Of a DNA stretch of 64,000 nt, positions 1-13,300 are shown in pieces. Every line of letters starts with the position of its first letter. The stretch's first letter is position 1. Position numbers and translations under genes: made by a program. The notes under the pieces are model-generated. The model did not search any database and was not told the origin of the DNA. It saw only the letters and a program-made list of their open reading frames with translations. Source of the stretch: Blasia pusilla (Eukaryota); NCBI GenBank assembly GCA_050084515.1, contig CM114271.1:46438001-46502000 (forward strand), in the 5' to 3' direction.

Positions 1-870
1 CTTAAGATAAGCTCGAACTCTTCTTCCTCTTGCTACACAAGCCATTCTACTCTCTTTCAATCAATTCATTATAGAAGGGCTTCATCGACTTGAAGAGTTG
101 AGCTCCAAAAATTTATACCAAATCAATTTTTGAGCATTTAATCTAAGCCATCCTTTCCGAGATCCTCTACGTTCATGTACAAGTAGAGGAGTAGGGATAT
201 GCCTACTACAAATTCTTTTATCCTTCCATTTTTTTCCATGGAGTATATTCTTGGTAGCTCTGTGGTACCGCCTTGGACTCGCTTTGGACCTTCTCTTCTA
301 GGTATACCTAATTGTATATGCGGGGATCCCATTTATGCAAAGCATATCCAAATTTTTCAAATTGTATATAGTGGACCACGAATTATGTCACATAATGTGA
401 TGAAATAGTCAATAGCATGAGTGGCTCGTATTGCATGGTCTACCGTTGGACAAAAGCCTGTGCATGTCTTATCTTCTACTACACAAGAAACTTCTCGTTG
501 AAGGGTTGATTTAGTTATGTCTCAAATTGGCTTTCATATATTGGATGATGTGGTGGTTTTTGAACCAACACATTTTGACATTGACCACCATATTTTGAAA
601 CACTCCAAGTCAAAATGTGTTGGATCAAAAACACTATGTAGTGATCCATTCATCTCCGCGAAATCTTTAGTATCTCGTGGTGTCAAAATGTGTAGTGGTG
701 GTCAATGTATCTCGTTTGCATTAGAAGATACACAAGCATTAGCTTTGATACATCGAACCAAAATGATTGGTGATCACTCATTTCATCTCTCATTCGCATG
801 TGACCAATGACTAATATTCGTGTCAAATTAGTTTCAAATTATTAATCTCATACTTTGATGAATTGGTTTT
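1..870 (+). mobile_element. Degenerate 3' end of a CRE-like non-LTR retrotransposon (CCHC zinc knuckle plus restriction-like endonuclease region)
   Basis: Broken frames read LGIPNCICGDPIYAKHIQ...SHNVMK, RRVDLVMSQIGFHILDDVVVFEPT and GQCISFALEDTQALAL, resembling the CxC..H..C..RH / R(P/A)D..D / QRIS.ALQR motifs of RLE-type LINEs. Visibly homologous to 19560-20340. Confidence 0.55.
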
Positions 871-2768
871 TGTGTTTACTTGCAAATTTTTTGTCTTCTT
901 AAAATATTATACCTTTCTTGGTCCTCTTTTGAAGTTTGTTTACGGGCCCTAAAGGTGGTCAAAGCTGAAGTGTGGTTATTCTTTTCCCTCTCATGGATGT
1001 CGGGCAATGTGTACGCTGGTCATGGTTAGCGAGCATGCCCCCTTTTTTTTCCCCTTTCATCAAAGTCCCTCACCATGCATGATAGTCATGGACATTGTTT
1101 GTGTTCAAAACAATTCTTCCTAATTTTTGTATTAAAGATGTTTTTTTGAGTGAGTCCCATCATATCTAGTGCACCCTCAAGATTTACTCTAATTTCTATT
1201 TATTGCCTATTTTCTCTGGGCGACGAATGTTTTCGAGCTTACCTTTCTCATCATAGTGTTCACGTCTCATTGTTTCTTTTCCTGATTTTCTTAAATTTAA
1301 AACATTACTAGAGAATGCCCCTTCGTTTCCCAAACTGCTATTAACATTTAACATCATCAAGACCATTTAGAAGTGATTTAAAATAATAATTTTAAAAATG
1401 TATTCATCATTTTGGGAGATAACTGAAATCCCTGCATTTCAAGGTACACTAGTTTTGGGTAATGATTTTTAACTTCATCGACATTCTTTTTATTTTAAAA
1501 CAAAAAGAATTGTTGCTGAACAGAGGAATTCTTGATACACGTGAGGAAACCGTATACGGGACCTAGAACTCCACGCTGGAGGCTATGAGCCCCATACAGT
1601 CAACTCGTAAGACGACAAAAGAGGAGTGGGCCCGCCGCCCACAAGCGAAGGCGCGGTTACCGGCACTGGCGTGAAGGGAGGCAGAAGAGAGCGCTGATCT
1701 GAAGTCATGAGCGCCCAGTGGGCGCGATTTGAATCCCGACACTGTGGGTTCCCGCAGGAATGGAGCGTGAACTCCGTCCATTGCATTTGGCGCAAGCACT
1801 ACAGTGCGAGGGTCGTATTGTGGACACCGGACGCACTAGCAAGCGGGCGATTCGGCGCAGATGATCGATCGCGCCTCGTTCCGCGGCGCCTGTGGAGTGA
1901 GTGCTGTGTCCGATGTTACAGTGTGCGGAGACGGTGTCTTCCGAGAGATGCGATTGATCAGGAACTGAAATTACGTAGGAGCGTTCCCGATCACTATTCC
2001 TCAAGTGAGCACTAGTGCGCTGATAAAGATCCGGACGCGCGCCGTCGGGAAATGCGTTTAAATTTAAGCAACTGTTGCAGACTTGCGTACTTGATCGCAG
2101 AAATGCTATAGGTGGTTTGAAAAACCGTCTCTCTCTCTGATGTTCCGCCCGAGGTACGACATTCCGACAAGATCCGAGTATTTCTTGAACTCATGTCGTA
2201 ATTGGGGGGCGTCTATGACAGTGACATTGATTCTCAGAGAAAAAGTTCAATGTCGTTACATTGGAGGCCAGGAACGTTAGAAGCTCTTTCACATCCTGGC
2301 CACAAATGTAAGAAGCTTTTTCAGCGACACAATTGGACACACAAGGTAGGCGAAGAGGCGGAAGTCCTCGAATTGCAGTAATCGAGAAGCACAAGCAGTG
2401 AAAGAGAAACTCATTCCTAATCTTGAATAAGCGGAGCGTGTTGAGCTCAAATCAACTGTCGTTAATGCACGTCGGAAAAGTCCGCTTCATAAAAAAACCG
2501 TGTATATACAGAAGGAGGGTAAGCTCCGACTCGGACGAAGTCTTGGAGCCGCTCGACGTGCTTATTCCTCATTCAATGGAAGGTTCTCCTTCCGACTAAA
2601 CACTATCGCGCCATCCACCAAATTTTGGCATTGGGATCTTTACTCTCCCTACAAGTGCACTACTCGTGAACTTCGCTACCGACGCTATTCGCAGCTACCA
2701 AATTGCGAGAGTGAGATCCCCTCCCTACAAATTTCACTACCAGGAATCACTACCGACGAACTTCGAAA

Positions 2769-4121
2769 CTACCTACAGCGTAAGTGACGATAGACCTGAC
2801 ACTTGATGATCTTCTTGTGGATCTGGAAGCCTGGCATGCTCATGAATTCCACTTTTGGACCTACGCATCTTTTGCAGCCCTCATCGATAGCTGTAACTTG
2901 CTCCACGTAGAGGGAGTTGGCATCCATCCCTCTACCCACGCGGACAATGGTGACTTGGGGATGAACTGAAAATGCAAGCCTGTGTAGAAGCCAAACACAC
3001 TTGGCCGCGTCCAAGAAGGCTGCAGTGAACGTAGATCTTTCCTCGGAATCCTTGAAGACGATGTTCCACGGGAACAGAAACCACATCTCGCGCATCTTGT
3101 TCTCACAGAACGTCCAGAACTCGGAATCAAACGACTTGTGCTGAGAGTTGACGGCGTGGACGGCCTCCACGAGCTTCAAGCGCTGGAAGTCTTGGAAACG
3201 AGCGATGCACCTTTTCTCAGGGTCGATGATGCGCGTGAGCCCTGTGTCATCAAAACTGTCATTCTCGAAACAGTGGAACAGGGCTTTGTTGAGGCGAGAT
3301 TCGAGAACGAAAGCGGTGTGCTCTTTCTTCAAGAATTTCGTATTGGGTTCGATCTCCGCGAGTGTTCTCCAGACCGAGTATCCGGAGACCTCCATTTGCT
3401 TCATGAACACCTTGCAGAAATATCGGACGGCAAGACGAGCCTTGACGACGGCCATTTCGAATAAGTGCACAATGGCCGACAATTCGGCGTCCTGGAGCTT
3501 GAGAGTCTGGAAGTCCAAATATGGCTCCTCCGCTTGTGGATTGGTGATCCTATCATGGCGAGCTTTACCCCTCTCCTCTGCTGAAGTAGTGTCGCTCGAA
3601 GACTCCGAGTAGCGAACGGCAATGCCGGCGACTAAACTGGGCGCTACAAAATTAAGATCAGGGAAGCTCTCCTTCGCATGGGGAAGAGAAGCCGTGAATG
3701 CATGGGCCATAGAAGTCGGATACGCGAGCTCCGGAGGAGCCGCATTGCTTTGTGCTTGCAGCTGCTCTAATTTCCACTCCAGCATTTCGATGGTGTCCTG
3801 CTTGATCGCCAGTGCGCTCTGCTGCCGCTTGCTGAGCTCTAGAAGGGCCAGCGCCCTGCTCTTGGCCCATTCCTTCTTCTCACTAATATCCTTCCCGCGA
3901 CGAAAGAAGCAGCCCAGCATGTTCCCGATTTGGCGGAGGGGGCCCCTGCGGACACCCTTCTGGCAAACCTCCCTCAGAGCATCATCGCTGTAGAACATCA
4001 ACGGGGCAGTATGACTATCTTCCAGAAAATTGCTATTAGGCTCACTCATACTCATACTGACGCTCCTTACTCTGCTCTTGCTTCCGGACCTCTTCATGCA
4101 GCGCTCCCCCGCACAATCCAT
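2769..4121 (-). CDS. DUF641 plant protein, IRK-interacting (IRKI) / GIL1 family, 450 aa, intronless CDS
   Basis: Long GC-rich ORF with an N-terminal coiled coil and family-typical motifs (AFVLESRLNKALFHCFEN, FCENKM..MW, FLDAAKCVWLLHRLAFS, VEFMSMPGFQI..KIIKCQVY). Confidence 0.85.
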   Translation of the reverse strand: MDCAGERCMKRSGSKSRVRSVSMSMSEPNSNFLEDSHTAPLMFYSDDALREVCQKGVRRGPLRQIGNMLGCFFRRGKDISEKKEWAKSRALALLELSKRQQSALAIKQDTIEMLEWKLEQLQAQSNAAPPELAYPTSMAHAFTASLPHAKESFPDLNFVAPSLVAGIAVRYSESSSDTTSAEERGKARHDRITNPQAEEPYLDFQTLKLQDAELSAIVHLFEMAVVKARLAVRYFCKVFMKQMEVSGYSVWRTLAEIEPNTKFLKKEHTAFVLESRLNKALFHCFENDSFDDTGLTRIIDPEKRCIARFQDFQRLKLVEAVHAVNSQHKSFDSEFWTFCENKMREMWFLFPWNIVFKDSEERSTFTAAFLDAAKCVWLLHRLAFSVHPQVTIVRVGRGMDANSLYVEQVTAIDEGCKRCVGPKVEFMSMPGFQIHKKIIKCQVYRHLRCR

Positions 4122-6962
4122 CGAGTGAAACGGACCAGTGTGGTGGTGGTGGTAATCGGCTGTGGAGTAGTATCTGAAGTTGTTCGTCCTACCGCATGAT
4201 TCACTGCAATCACTCGCGGGGGAGCTACCTAGACTAGAAGGCAGTCGAACTCGATTTTCCTGCGTACGACGAAATCAAGTCAGCCACAAGGGATGAGAAG
4301 CAGGAGTCGGAGCCTGCGCTTGAAAGTAATCAACCAACCCGCCCGGTCGGAGGAAACAAAAATTCCTGCCAGATTATCTAATTGGCAATAACAGATGACG
4401 CCTTGGTGTAGGACGAGCGTACTACGGTGGGATGGAAAAGTGGTAGCATGAGAGGGACGTACATGATTCACACTTGCACTTGGACGCTGACGGAAGTTGC
4501 TACTAGTACCTGCTGATGCAGAGTCTGCTGCAGAATGCGTTCCGCGTTGCAGTTCCTCTCCATATCCACGACTGGAGCAACTTGACGATTAGCTGTAAAG
4601 CTAATTTGACTTCAGATGGGAGGAAACGAAATCTGCGCAGGAAAATCGGCGAACAAAGCTGTCTTAGGCCCGGCGCGAGAAAAAATTTGAACCCTCGGAC
4701 GCGACAGCAGCGTGCTAAAATCGAGAGTGCTGCACTGAACAAAAAGTCGTCGTCGCCTGAAGGACTCACCTGTTTCGCCTCGTGCTGACGATACGACACA
4801 AAATCTGCAGCTTACACGACTCCAGTGGATAGATTCATCATCTTCGGGGTATCAGACATCGCGACAGCCTGCTGCGACCATGGTGCCATACTTTTCGAGC
4901 ACTGGCACGTTCCAGAGAACGGGCGATGGTACGCCAGTGCAGCAAATACGGAACGCGCAGCGACAGAAGCCTCGGAAGAAGAGAGCTGAGCTCGAGCGAC
5001 ACCGCGCGTCGGAATTAGACCACCGCTCCTTCGGCCTCTGCACGGGAAGAGCGGATGCTCCGCAGAGCTTCGGGAAGCCCAAATCTCCTCCCACGACCGC
5101 TGCTGCAGCCCGAGCATCCGAACAAGGCCAATGGTGTTTCTCCGGAGTCACCAGACCGAATGCTGCGAGAGTAGAGAGATTATGTCTAACTATCCGCCCA
5201 ACGGCTTACAAGGCCCTTCAGCGACACGGCGCATCCAGCCAGCAACGTGCGCGGACGGAGAGGTGGGCACTGCCGATCCCAACGGGCAGAAGCAAGGATA
5301 GCGGGTTATGACGATAAGACAAAGACCGCTGAATTCAGATCTCGGTAGCCCTCTGCTTCCCGCGCTGGGTTGAACACACCTCCGTGGGCCCCCGGACGTA
5401 GTTTTTGGCGGGCCCCGCTGGTTCCGTTACGCCTGGCGGCCCTTGGGTCCGATCCGTCGTCCGATTTCATACACAGCGGTCGTCTGCGTCGGCCCTCACC
5501 CCGTCCATATTTCCTGGCCGGCAAATTTCCCCGGCCTCCAAACAGGCTCACCGCCGACGGGGTTTGACGAAACCCCGCCGATAGAGAAGAAGAACGAGAG
5601 AAAGAACGAAAAACCAGACCTGTAAGGCCGGTCAGGATTCCACGGCACCGGTGGTTTTTCCTCCCAGTCAAGAAAAGAAAAAGAGGAGGAGCTCGCGACG
5701 AACAACAAACACCCGTGACCCATCAGGTAGCTGCCGAGAGCCGGTCCAAAGCCCCGTCAACGGAATGAGACGGAGCGCCGTTCATCGAGAACAGATAATC
5801 GAGATCGTACGTACAGTACCCGACTGCCGCTCATCGATCATTGTCCTTCGGGTCTCGAAAGTCGGCCACGGACTGCTCCACCCCACCCCACCATCTCGCT
5901 CGTGAGTCATCTCGGTCGATCTGCACAAGTCAACCTCAGCCGTCGCCATCTGGCACCCGACAACGTAGTGTGTACCATCCCCTCCACGGTCGGGGCCACC
6001 ACGGTCGAGACCGCAGGTGATCAGCTTTCCGTATTGAGGTACGCAACGACAACAAGCCCTTGAAGCCCCCGTCTCGAAATAGTGCTCAAGGCCGTCGAAT
6101 TGGAGGGCCGGACGATTCGCCAACGTCCTCTAGTCTAGCGTCTCCGTGAGTCCCTCCTCCACTAACGGACCGCCGCTCAAAGTCGGCCACCGGAGTTAGT
6201 TCGCGACATTTCTAGATCCAAGATCGTGGAAACATTCTGACAGACAGGACACCGTACGTGCGGTGCATGGATTATGAATGGATACAGCCGTCACGGTTAC
6301 ATGGAATCTCCGGTTCCGGATGTTCTATTATTGGACTCCACGTAAAAAACTTATCGGTGTCTCAAATGCATGTTATTGGAGGATTATTTTATGGAAATTA
6401 AAAACATATGTCGTGAATGCAGCCTACTCTTGTTCCCTGGGGGTGTTTCATTTTGGATATCCCAAGTCGTGGGAGATGTCGCCCCCTATCCTTTTCTTCA
6501 CCTTATAAGCGTGGCCTTGATTTTTTCTTAACTCCATGGATTCCCCTTCTTTTGTGCTCCCCGTCATCCTTTTATGCAACCTTTGTTCTTTTAACGAGAG
6601 AAGGCAATAGTAAAAAAGAGAGGTTCCATAGAAAGAGGGTGATGAAAAATGCATCCACAATAAAAAAAAATTAGGGGATTAAAGAGTTTAGTACGTGAAG
6701 GCCACAACCCATAAATAATCATAAAAATGTCATTATTGATTTTTGAAAATTTCTAAATCTTTTAAGTTAGTTTTTTTATGGTCTTTTGAATGATAAATTT
6801 TCTTGGATTTGACGATTTTCCAAATTTCCCTCCCTTCCCTACAAAGTTGAGGGAATTTACATACTAATTTTTGGGACAATCTACGTCACATCTTTTGTTG
6901 CATCACGGGGTAGCCACATGGCATATCTAGAGAGGTTGGATGTTAGTCTAAGGAGGTTGAGG

Positions 6963-7188
6963 CAATGTTTGGGGAGAATCGGGGTTACGTGTTGAGCCGG
7001 TCGGATGAAATTGGAAATTTCCGATTCTGATTCAGAATTCCCGGCCAAAAACCGACCAAATTAGCACGAGTTTCTTTGTATTCGTATCAAAGTAGCCGGC
7101 CAGGATCAGGAAAACTTGAAGATTTTCCATCCTGTTTTGCACAAACCGGAAAAGTACCGGTTCTCGTGAAAAAACTCCTCGGACCCTG
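6963..7188. mobile_element. hAT-type non-autonomous element (MITE)
   Basis: Perfect 8-bp target duplication GGTTGAGG at 6955-6962 and 7189-7196. Imperfect terminal inverted repeats CAATGTTTGGGGAG ... CTCCTCGGACCCTG. Internal CCGG/CCGA subterminal motifs. Confidence 0.7.
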
Positions 7189-7576
7189 GGTTGAGGATGA
7201 CCAGTTGATGATTATGTTAACTTGAGTATCCATATTATTCCCTATTTTGGCCTCATTTGTAGCTATTTTTAAGGACTTACCATTTCAGGTAGAATTGGTT
7301 TTTCTTAAGTGGAAAGCCAGTTCTACCATTTCAGTTAGAATTGGCTTAGCATGTAAGGAAAGTTCCCCTTAATCCACTATCATGGTTAGGATTGAGAACT
7401 TGATTTGTGTGCGTAGGTCACCAAAGAGAGAGAGAGAGAGAGAGTAGAGTAGAGTAGATTTTTAGTCCACGGGAAGCCGATCTGGCTTATGGGACCCCTT
7501 CCACATATGTGAAATTGACATCGCATCCGACATGGCACCTTCACATCTAGATTTGGGGTTCTCACTCAGGAGATTT

Positions 7577-7823
7577 GGTTTTTGTTTTTTCTTTTGTGAA
7601 GGTCTGGAATTTTATCCAGATTTTTAACCTGGGAGCATAGTCAAGGCACACACATGAAAGGCACACAAGGCGTTCTCTCTCTCGAACATGGACCATCCAT
7701 GCCCTAGGTAGGGGACACCACTGCCCCAGGGTTGAGACCGCCCCCCACTGTCCAAGGGGAGAGTTGAACCCAAGACCTCTTCAAGAGGACCTTATGTTTG
7801 TTCAGCTAACCTCTTGGTCATCT

Positions 7824-7826
<3 letters not shown>
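7577..7826 (-). mobile_element. Putative tRNA-derived SINE
   Basis: On the minus strand: A-box-like TGACCAAGAGG (7810-7820), B-box GGGTTCAACTC (7761-7771) about 38 nt downstream, and an A-rich tail near 7577-7595. Abuts a (GA)n tract. Confidence 0.5.

Positions 7827-7874
<48 letters not shown>
7827..7874. repeat. (GA)n microsatellite
   Basis: Directly visible; a shorter (GA)n/(GAGTA)n tract is at about 7425-7458. Confidence 0.95.
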
Positions 7875-7877
<3 letters not shown>

Positions 7878-8849
7878 TCATCCATAAGTTGATAACGTGT
7901 GTGCACACAATGAAGGGCTTGTGAGAGCACATGGAACAATATTTTTTTGGTGTTTACAAGTTTGTATGAAGAAGATGAGTGTACAAGCATTGTCCAAATT
8001 TTGGTAAATTTGATATTGTGATATATACAAACTCTACCTTTAATAGCAAAATGGAGTTCTGATAAGAGTAATGAGTTCATAAAGTTGTGCACCTTATCGA
8101 CCAAAAGGGTTTTATTTTGACATATTAGCTCAAAACGGTGGCCATTCCCGGCCCGCGAGGTTGCCATAGCCGCCTTGTTAGAGAGAAAAAAATCCTTGGT
8201 AACTCATATGTGGGAGTTAGTTAAGTAGAGATTAGTTTTTTGGAAGTTAAGTCAATGTGATTTTATTATTGGGAAATTGATTATAAAGGTTTTTTAGGCA
8301 AGAGTTGATCCTAATTGAGGTTTAAGAGGGGAGGGTGGAATTTAGGGAGTTGATCAAACTAGTAAGGGATATTTAAGTAAGTCGGTTCAGGAGGAGGGAT
8401 TAAGTAAAGTGAGCCGCGAAGGGGGAGAGGAAACAATGTAGCAAGTATAGTTCTCAATTGTCTATACATCAAAACAACATATCTATCTTGTCGACTTGTC
8501 CAACCCCTTCTACATTTTTGGCCCTTGTTGCTTCTTCAGCCCTTTCAACTCCTCCATAAATATTTTGAATGGATTTCATCTATCTTGCCAACTCATGCCA
8601 TGTGAGTGAATGGCACCTAAATACTCTTACTACTTGTCTGATCATCCATCATATCAACCTACCTATGCACGTCTATCATACTCACGTATACTCGTCCTCC
8701 TAGCCAATCAGCTTGTGGATCACTCCATCACTCCAAAGTTGTCCGTTATGTCTCACCTACATCTGTATTTGCTTTAGTTTCCATCCCCCTTCAGTCCGTC
8801 TGACCCACTCCGCTTGCCACAAACAACAAATGCTCAGTGCATGAACGCC

Positions 8850-9500
8850 AATATCAATGATTTTGTAACTAAGTTAGCCGTCTCATAATCGAGCATTGTA
8901 TATCGAATAATTGTTCATACATCATGTCACTTGGTGATGTCAAGTGATTTTTTGACATATAATGTTGAGTTTTGATTTCCATTCCAAGATGAAGAGTGAC
9001 AAGTACTTACTTTGAGCTAGTTGAGTACTATATATATCGTCACATATGGAGCCATAATGCGCCATCGATTTTGCATCATGCCGTTGCACCGCCTTTTCTT
9101 CATCTTGCAATCACATCAACATTTCTTGGATTATTTTATGATAAAGGAGAAGGTGTGATTTTCTAATGTATCATATGCATGTCATCGAGTGATGTGTCAT
9201 TCATGCCACACGAGACTTGACTACACCGTCGAGGAGAATTGAGTCGTATCAACATTAAGAAGTAAAACTTAATGAAGACATGAGGATTTTGCTATTACGA
9301 TCGAGTTGGGATTGACTTGTGGATTTTCAAGGAGCAATTCCAACACTGCATTTTAAAGTTACTCATCCAATCAGGATCCTGCACATTTTAGGGATTTTCC
9401 AAGGTGTTGGATAGAGTGATCATTTTGTGGATTGGTAGAGATGGCAAGAGCATTGTAGATGTAGGGCATAGATCCGTGTGGGATGCCTCTTATTGGTAGA
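8850..9500 (+). repeat. Dispersed repeat homologous to about 18600-19150 (probably the upstream part of the CRE-like element)
   Basis: Shared diverged blocks such as ATCGAGTTGGGAT/ATTGAGTTGGGAT, AGGAGCAAT/AAGAGCAAT and TAGGGCATAGATCCGTGTGGGAT/TAGGGGATATAGACATGTGTGGGAT. Confidence 0.45.
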
Positions 9501-9704
9501 CACGCTCTACAATGATCTACATTCCCTATCCTAGCATAGGAAACAACTATTGATATATGCCAATATCCACATCACTTTGAACCCTCTACATCATAAACTC
9601 ACCCAAGAAATATTGGCATTACAACCTAACCCAAGAAGAAATTTTAGGTGTTGAGTGGATTTCTACGGTTTAGGATCCTCCAATCAATCTTAGGCCATCA
9701 TTTC

Positions 9705-10247
9705 TTTTCCACCATTGGATTGGAGTGAATCTTGTAGGGCTTATTTTGTGTGAGGCCATCCTCAACCTTTTGATTCAGATCTGAAAATATGGCCTCAAAA
9801 ATTAAACTAAAAATCATAGACCATGTATTTGGCTCTCCATATTTAATTCAATTTTTGTGTGAGAATTTGGAGAATTATTTTTTCCACTAGGTTTTTGAGG
9901 CCTAAGAAATTTTATGAAACAATTTAAGGATTTATTACTTTGTGGTTGAAAAGTAGGACTAGGAAGAGAAGAAGAAAATAAAAGAGGAGGACTTGATTGA
10001 AGTGGAGATTTACATGACTTTCTTATAAGTTTTGTCCTTCATCTTGGTACGTAATGTTTTTCCACCATTGGATTGGTATGAAACTTGCAAGGCTTGTTTA
10101 TGGTAAGCTCCTCCTCGACTTTAACAGTTAAGATCTGAAACTTTGGCCTCCAAGATTAAAATAAAAATCATACACCATATATTTGGTTTCAATTCAATTT
10201 TTGGGTGAGCACTCGGAGAGTTGGTTTTTCCTTTGGGTTCTTGAGAC
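9705..10247. repeat. Diverged direct repeat of about 195 bp (9705-9900 and 10057-10247)
   Basis: Both copies begin TTTCCACCATTGGATT and share AGATCTGAAA, TAAAAATCATA.ACCAT.TATTTGG and AATTCAATTTTT. Confidence 0.75.
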
Positions 10248-10352
10248 TTGGGTGTATGTTTTCAAAAAGTTATAGTAAAATCATGGCCTTATCGTTAAAA
10301 AAATTAGTATAACATCAAGAAAATATGGTTAAGATTTCATGCCACTTGGCAT

Positions 10353-13300
10353 TGTTTAAGATTTAGTTCGAGATTGAGTTACAGTCAAGCTCCTTGGACA
10401 CATGAACTACTAAATTTCATACTCACATGAAGTAGGAAAGCTTAATCTTGATTAATCAATTAAACAAAATTATCTTATCTATGAATAGTTAACACAGTTA
10501 GTATATTTTAAATCTATGGTTAGAATTAGGGTTAGGGTTCTTTGTACATATCCTATAGAATTGATAAGACAAAATTTCAGTTTGGGGGAAGAATATATAT
10601 TTGAGTTAGAGCTCAATGGTAGAAGATTTCATGCGAAGTTGTAAAGGTGATGAACTTTAGGGATTTTTTTTATCAATTCAACAATCACAGTTGTCAATGG
10701 TCACAAAAATGCTAAATATTGGTTCTAACTTTCTTTTAGAGATTTTTTAGAGCTTTCCAACGCATCCAAAATTATTTGATTATGACATTTTGAGCTCAAT
10801 TGCAAGTTCAATGTAGGAAGTGTAATTAGTGAAGGAAAGTTGTGTAAGCCAAAAGGCTTTAAGGAGAGATGGCTTTCATAAGCCATCTTGCTCATGTTGA
10901 GCTTTATGAGCACCTCTCTTGCATATGTGTATAGGAAGTAGGATGTTATCGTGCGAATTTCCTCATAGCAGAGGGTGGATGTGGCTTGATATGTCGATAT
11001 AGATTGAGAAGTGGAATTTTAGGCCCGGTGAACCATTTTTACTATGATTTTGTTGTGGGATCTCGGTATATATGCGTGAGGGTATTTCGTTTATGAATGG
11101 ATCGATTTGTATGTTGGGAAGATCGATGTATTGTGGTATGTAGATGTGACCAGCAATGTGAGTTGTGTAGCGATGTGTATGCCCACCACATCTATGCTTT
11201 AATTAGAGTGGTGTTGAGTCTAAAATTATAAGTTATGAGTAAAACTTGATGGAGTATTCCTCAACAATAATCACAAGAGAGAAGCTAGATAAAGAGAATT
11301 ACACTCACTGGAAGTTTCGCATGAAAAAATTTCTTATGGGTCAAGAAGTATGGGAGCTTGTTACAGATAATGAGGAGAACCCAAGACATGACTTAAAAGA
11401 CTTGAATGTTTGTTCATGCTTGGAACTCAGCTTGGAACAAACGCGTAAGGTAAGTAGTCCATTTTATCTCAATGGCAATTAGTTTCCCAATGATTGGTCA
11501 CATTCAAGATGTTGATACTTTTAAGAAGGCTTCGGATGCATTTGAGAAATTTTTCCAAACATCTACAAAGGCCAAAAAGCTTCTATTGAAACAATAATTG
11601 AAGAAAGGAAAGGATTGCAAAGCACCCATTATTGAATATTAGATGTATTGTTGATGAATTGAATAACATTATAATGATTGTAGAAGATAATGATTTGATT
11701 GTGTTCACTCCTCAAGGCCTTCTAAAAGATTACCAAGTCTTTTAAGATCTCTATCTTAGTGGGAGAGAAGTATACAACCTTTGAAGCGTCAGTCCCACTG
11801 TTAATTAGTAAGTAGATGCGCATAGTCGACAACAATAACTCATCTATTATGCAAAAGAATGCTCTATTTGCATGTAACAGATCAAACATAGGCAAAGGTT
11901 GTGATAGAAAATTCTGTGGTTGTGGTGGATATTAAACATATGGAGGAAGAATCAATCAATAATACTTCGCTCAATCAACTATGAATTAATACTGAACACA
12001 ATCACAAGTCGTGATGGTGGAAATTGTTTAGGTCAAGGTCAACAAAAAAGGATCCTAAGATCTTGCAATAATTATGAGATGAAGGGTCACTATGCCTAGT
12101 TTTGCTTAAACAAGAAGGTAGGTATGAGAATATGAGTATTAAAACAACAAAACTATGTGGAACTACAACACCAATTGTCAAAATTGAATGCAACAATACT
12201 AACAAACTAAGCATCTCTTGGCCATGATTCATCATATGGGAGTAATGATCAAGAAAGACTTTACACGAGTTTGGTATATCAAATCACATGCCCTTACAAG
12301 CTACATGATTTAGCAACATGGAGCTTGTGAAAGATCCTGCAATGATATTGACAAGAGACGATATGAAAGATTTTATCAGACATATCACTAAAGTTCCAAT
12401 AACATTGGAAGGTCTTTGTGCTCTAGGAAATATTCTCTATATTTCTACCATTGCAAGAAATTTTATTTTTATAGGATAGATACTAGAACATGATTATCAT
12501 ATGAAATTTAACACAAATGGTTGCTTCGTTGAAATAATGAATGACCAGACTATGATAGTATGGTCAAAGAATAAAATTTGATAGAATATTCAAATAAGAT
12601 ATTTGTATGCAAGAGATTCAAACAACAATGTATGGTTAAACTGGCCAACAAGTCACAGATCTGAATATGTGGTATAAGAAGATTGGGCATATGAATCTTC
12701 AAAAATTAAATAATCTTCCATCATCTAATCTAGTATTAAGACTCCCTAAATTATCAACTATTGCCATATTAGAGGTATATTATGCTTGCCGATTTGGAAA
12801 ACAAGCTAGATTTTCATGTCCAAGGCAAGACAAAAGAGCATCCAGGATATTGAAGTCGATTCACAATGATGTATGAACAATAACACAACATAGTCTTCAT
12901 GGATACCAATACTTTGTTTCATTTCTTAGTGATTTATCTAGGTATATATGGGTATACTTTCTGAAAGCCAAGTCAAAAGTATTCTTAGTGTTCCAAACAT
13001 TTAAAATCTTGGTAGTGAAGCAAATTGGGCAACACATTCTTAAATTGCGTTGTAATGGAGGAGAAGATCTATAAGAGTATGTCTTGACAACTTTTGATGA
13101 CTATTTACGTCAAAATAATATCCAACAACAAATCACTTGTCATTACACTCCAAAAAAAATGGAGTCAATATTAATCAAGAATCAACATATTGTTGAGGCG
13201 ACATGTGCAATGTTGAATAAGAAGAATATGCCAAAGGTGTATTGGGCAGAGGCTGTAACACAATCTTCTTGATCAATTGAACTCCAATAGTAGGAATTCA

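Noticed and set aside
1665..1700. TGAAGGGAG and CAGAAGAGAG resemble parts of miR319/159 and miR156/529
   Set aside because: Only 9-10 nt match and I see no complementary star arm forming a precursor hairpin.
2784..4199. Several plus-strand ORFs overlapping the DUF641 gene
   Set aside because: Antisense shadows of a GC-rich CDS with no recognisable motifs.
4260..6260. GTAC (SPL / copper-response) motifs, including a triple at about 5807-5819
   Set aside because: About 11 sites in 2 kb is close to chance expectation for a 4-mer.
10525..10540. TTAGGGTTAGGG telomere-like motif (similar at about 16088)
   Set aside because: Only two units, lying inside the copia LTRs; not an interstitial telomere array.
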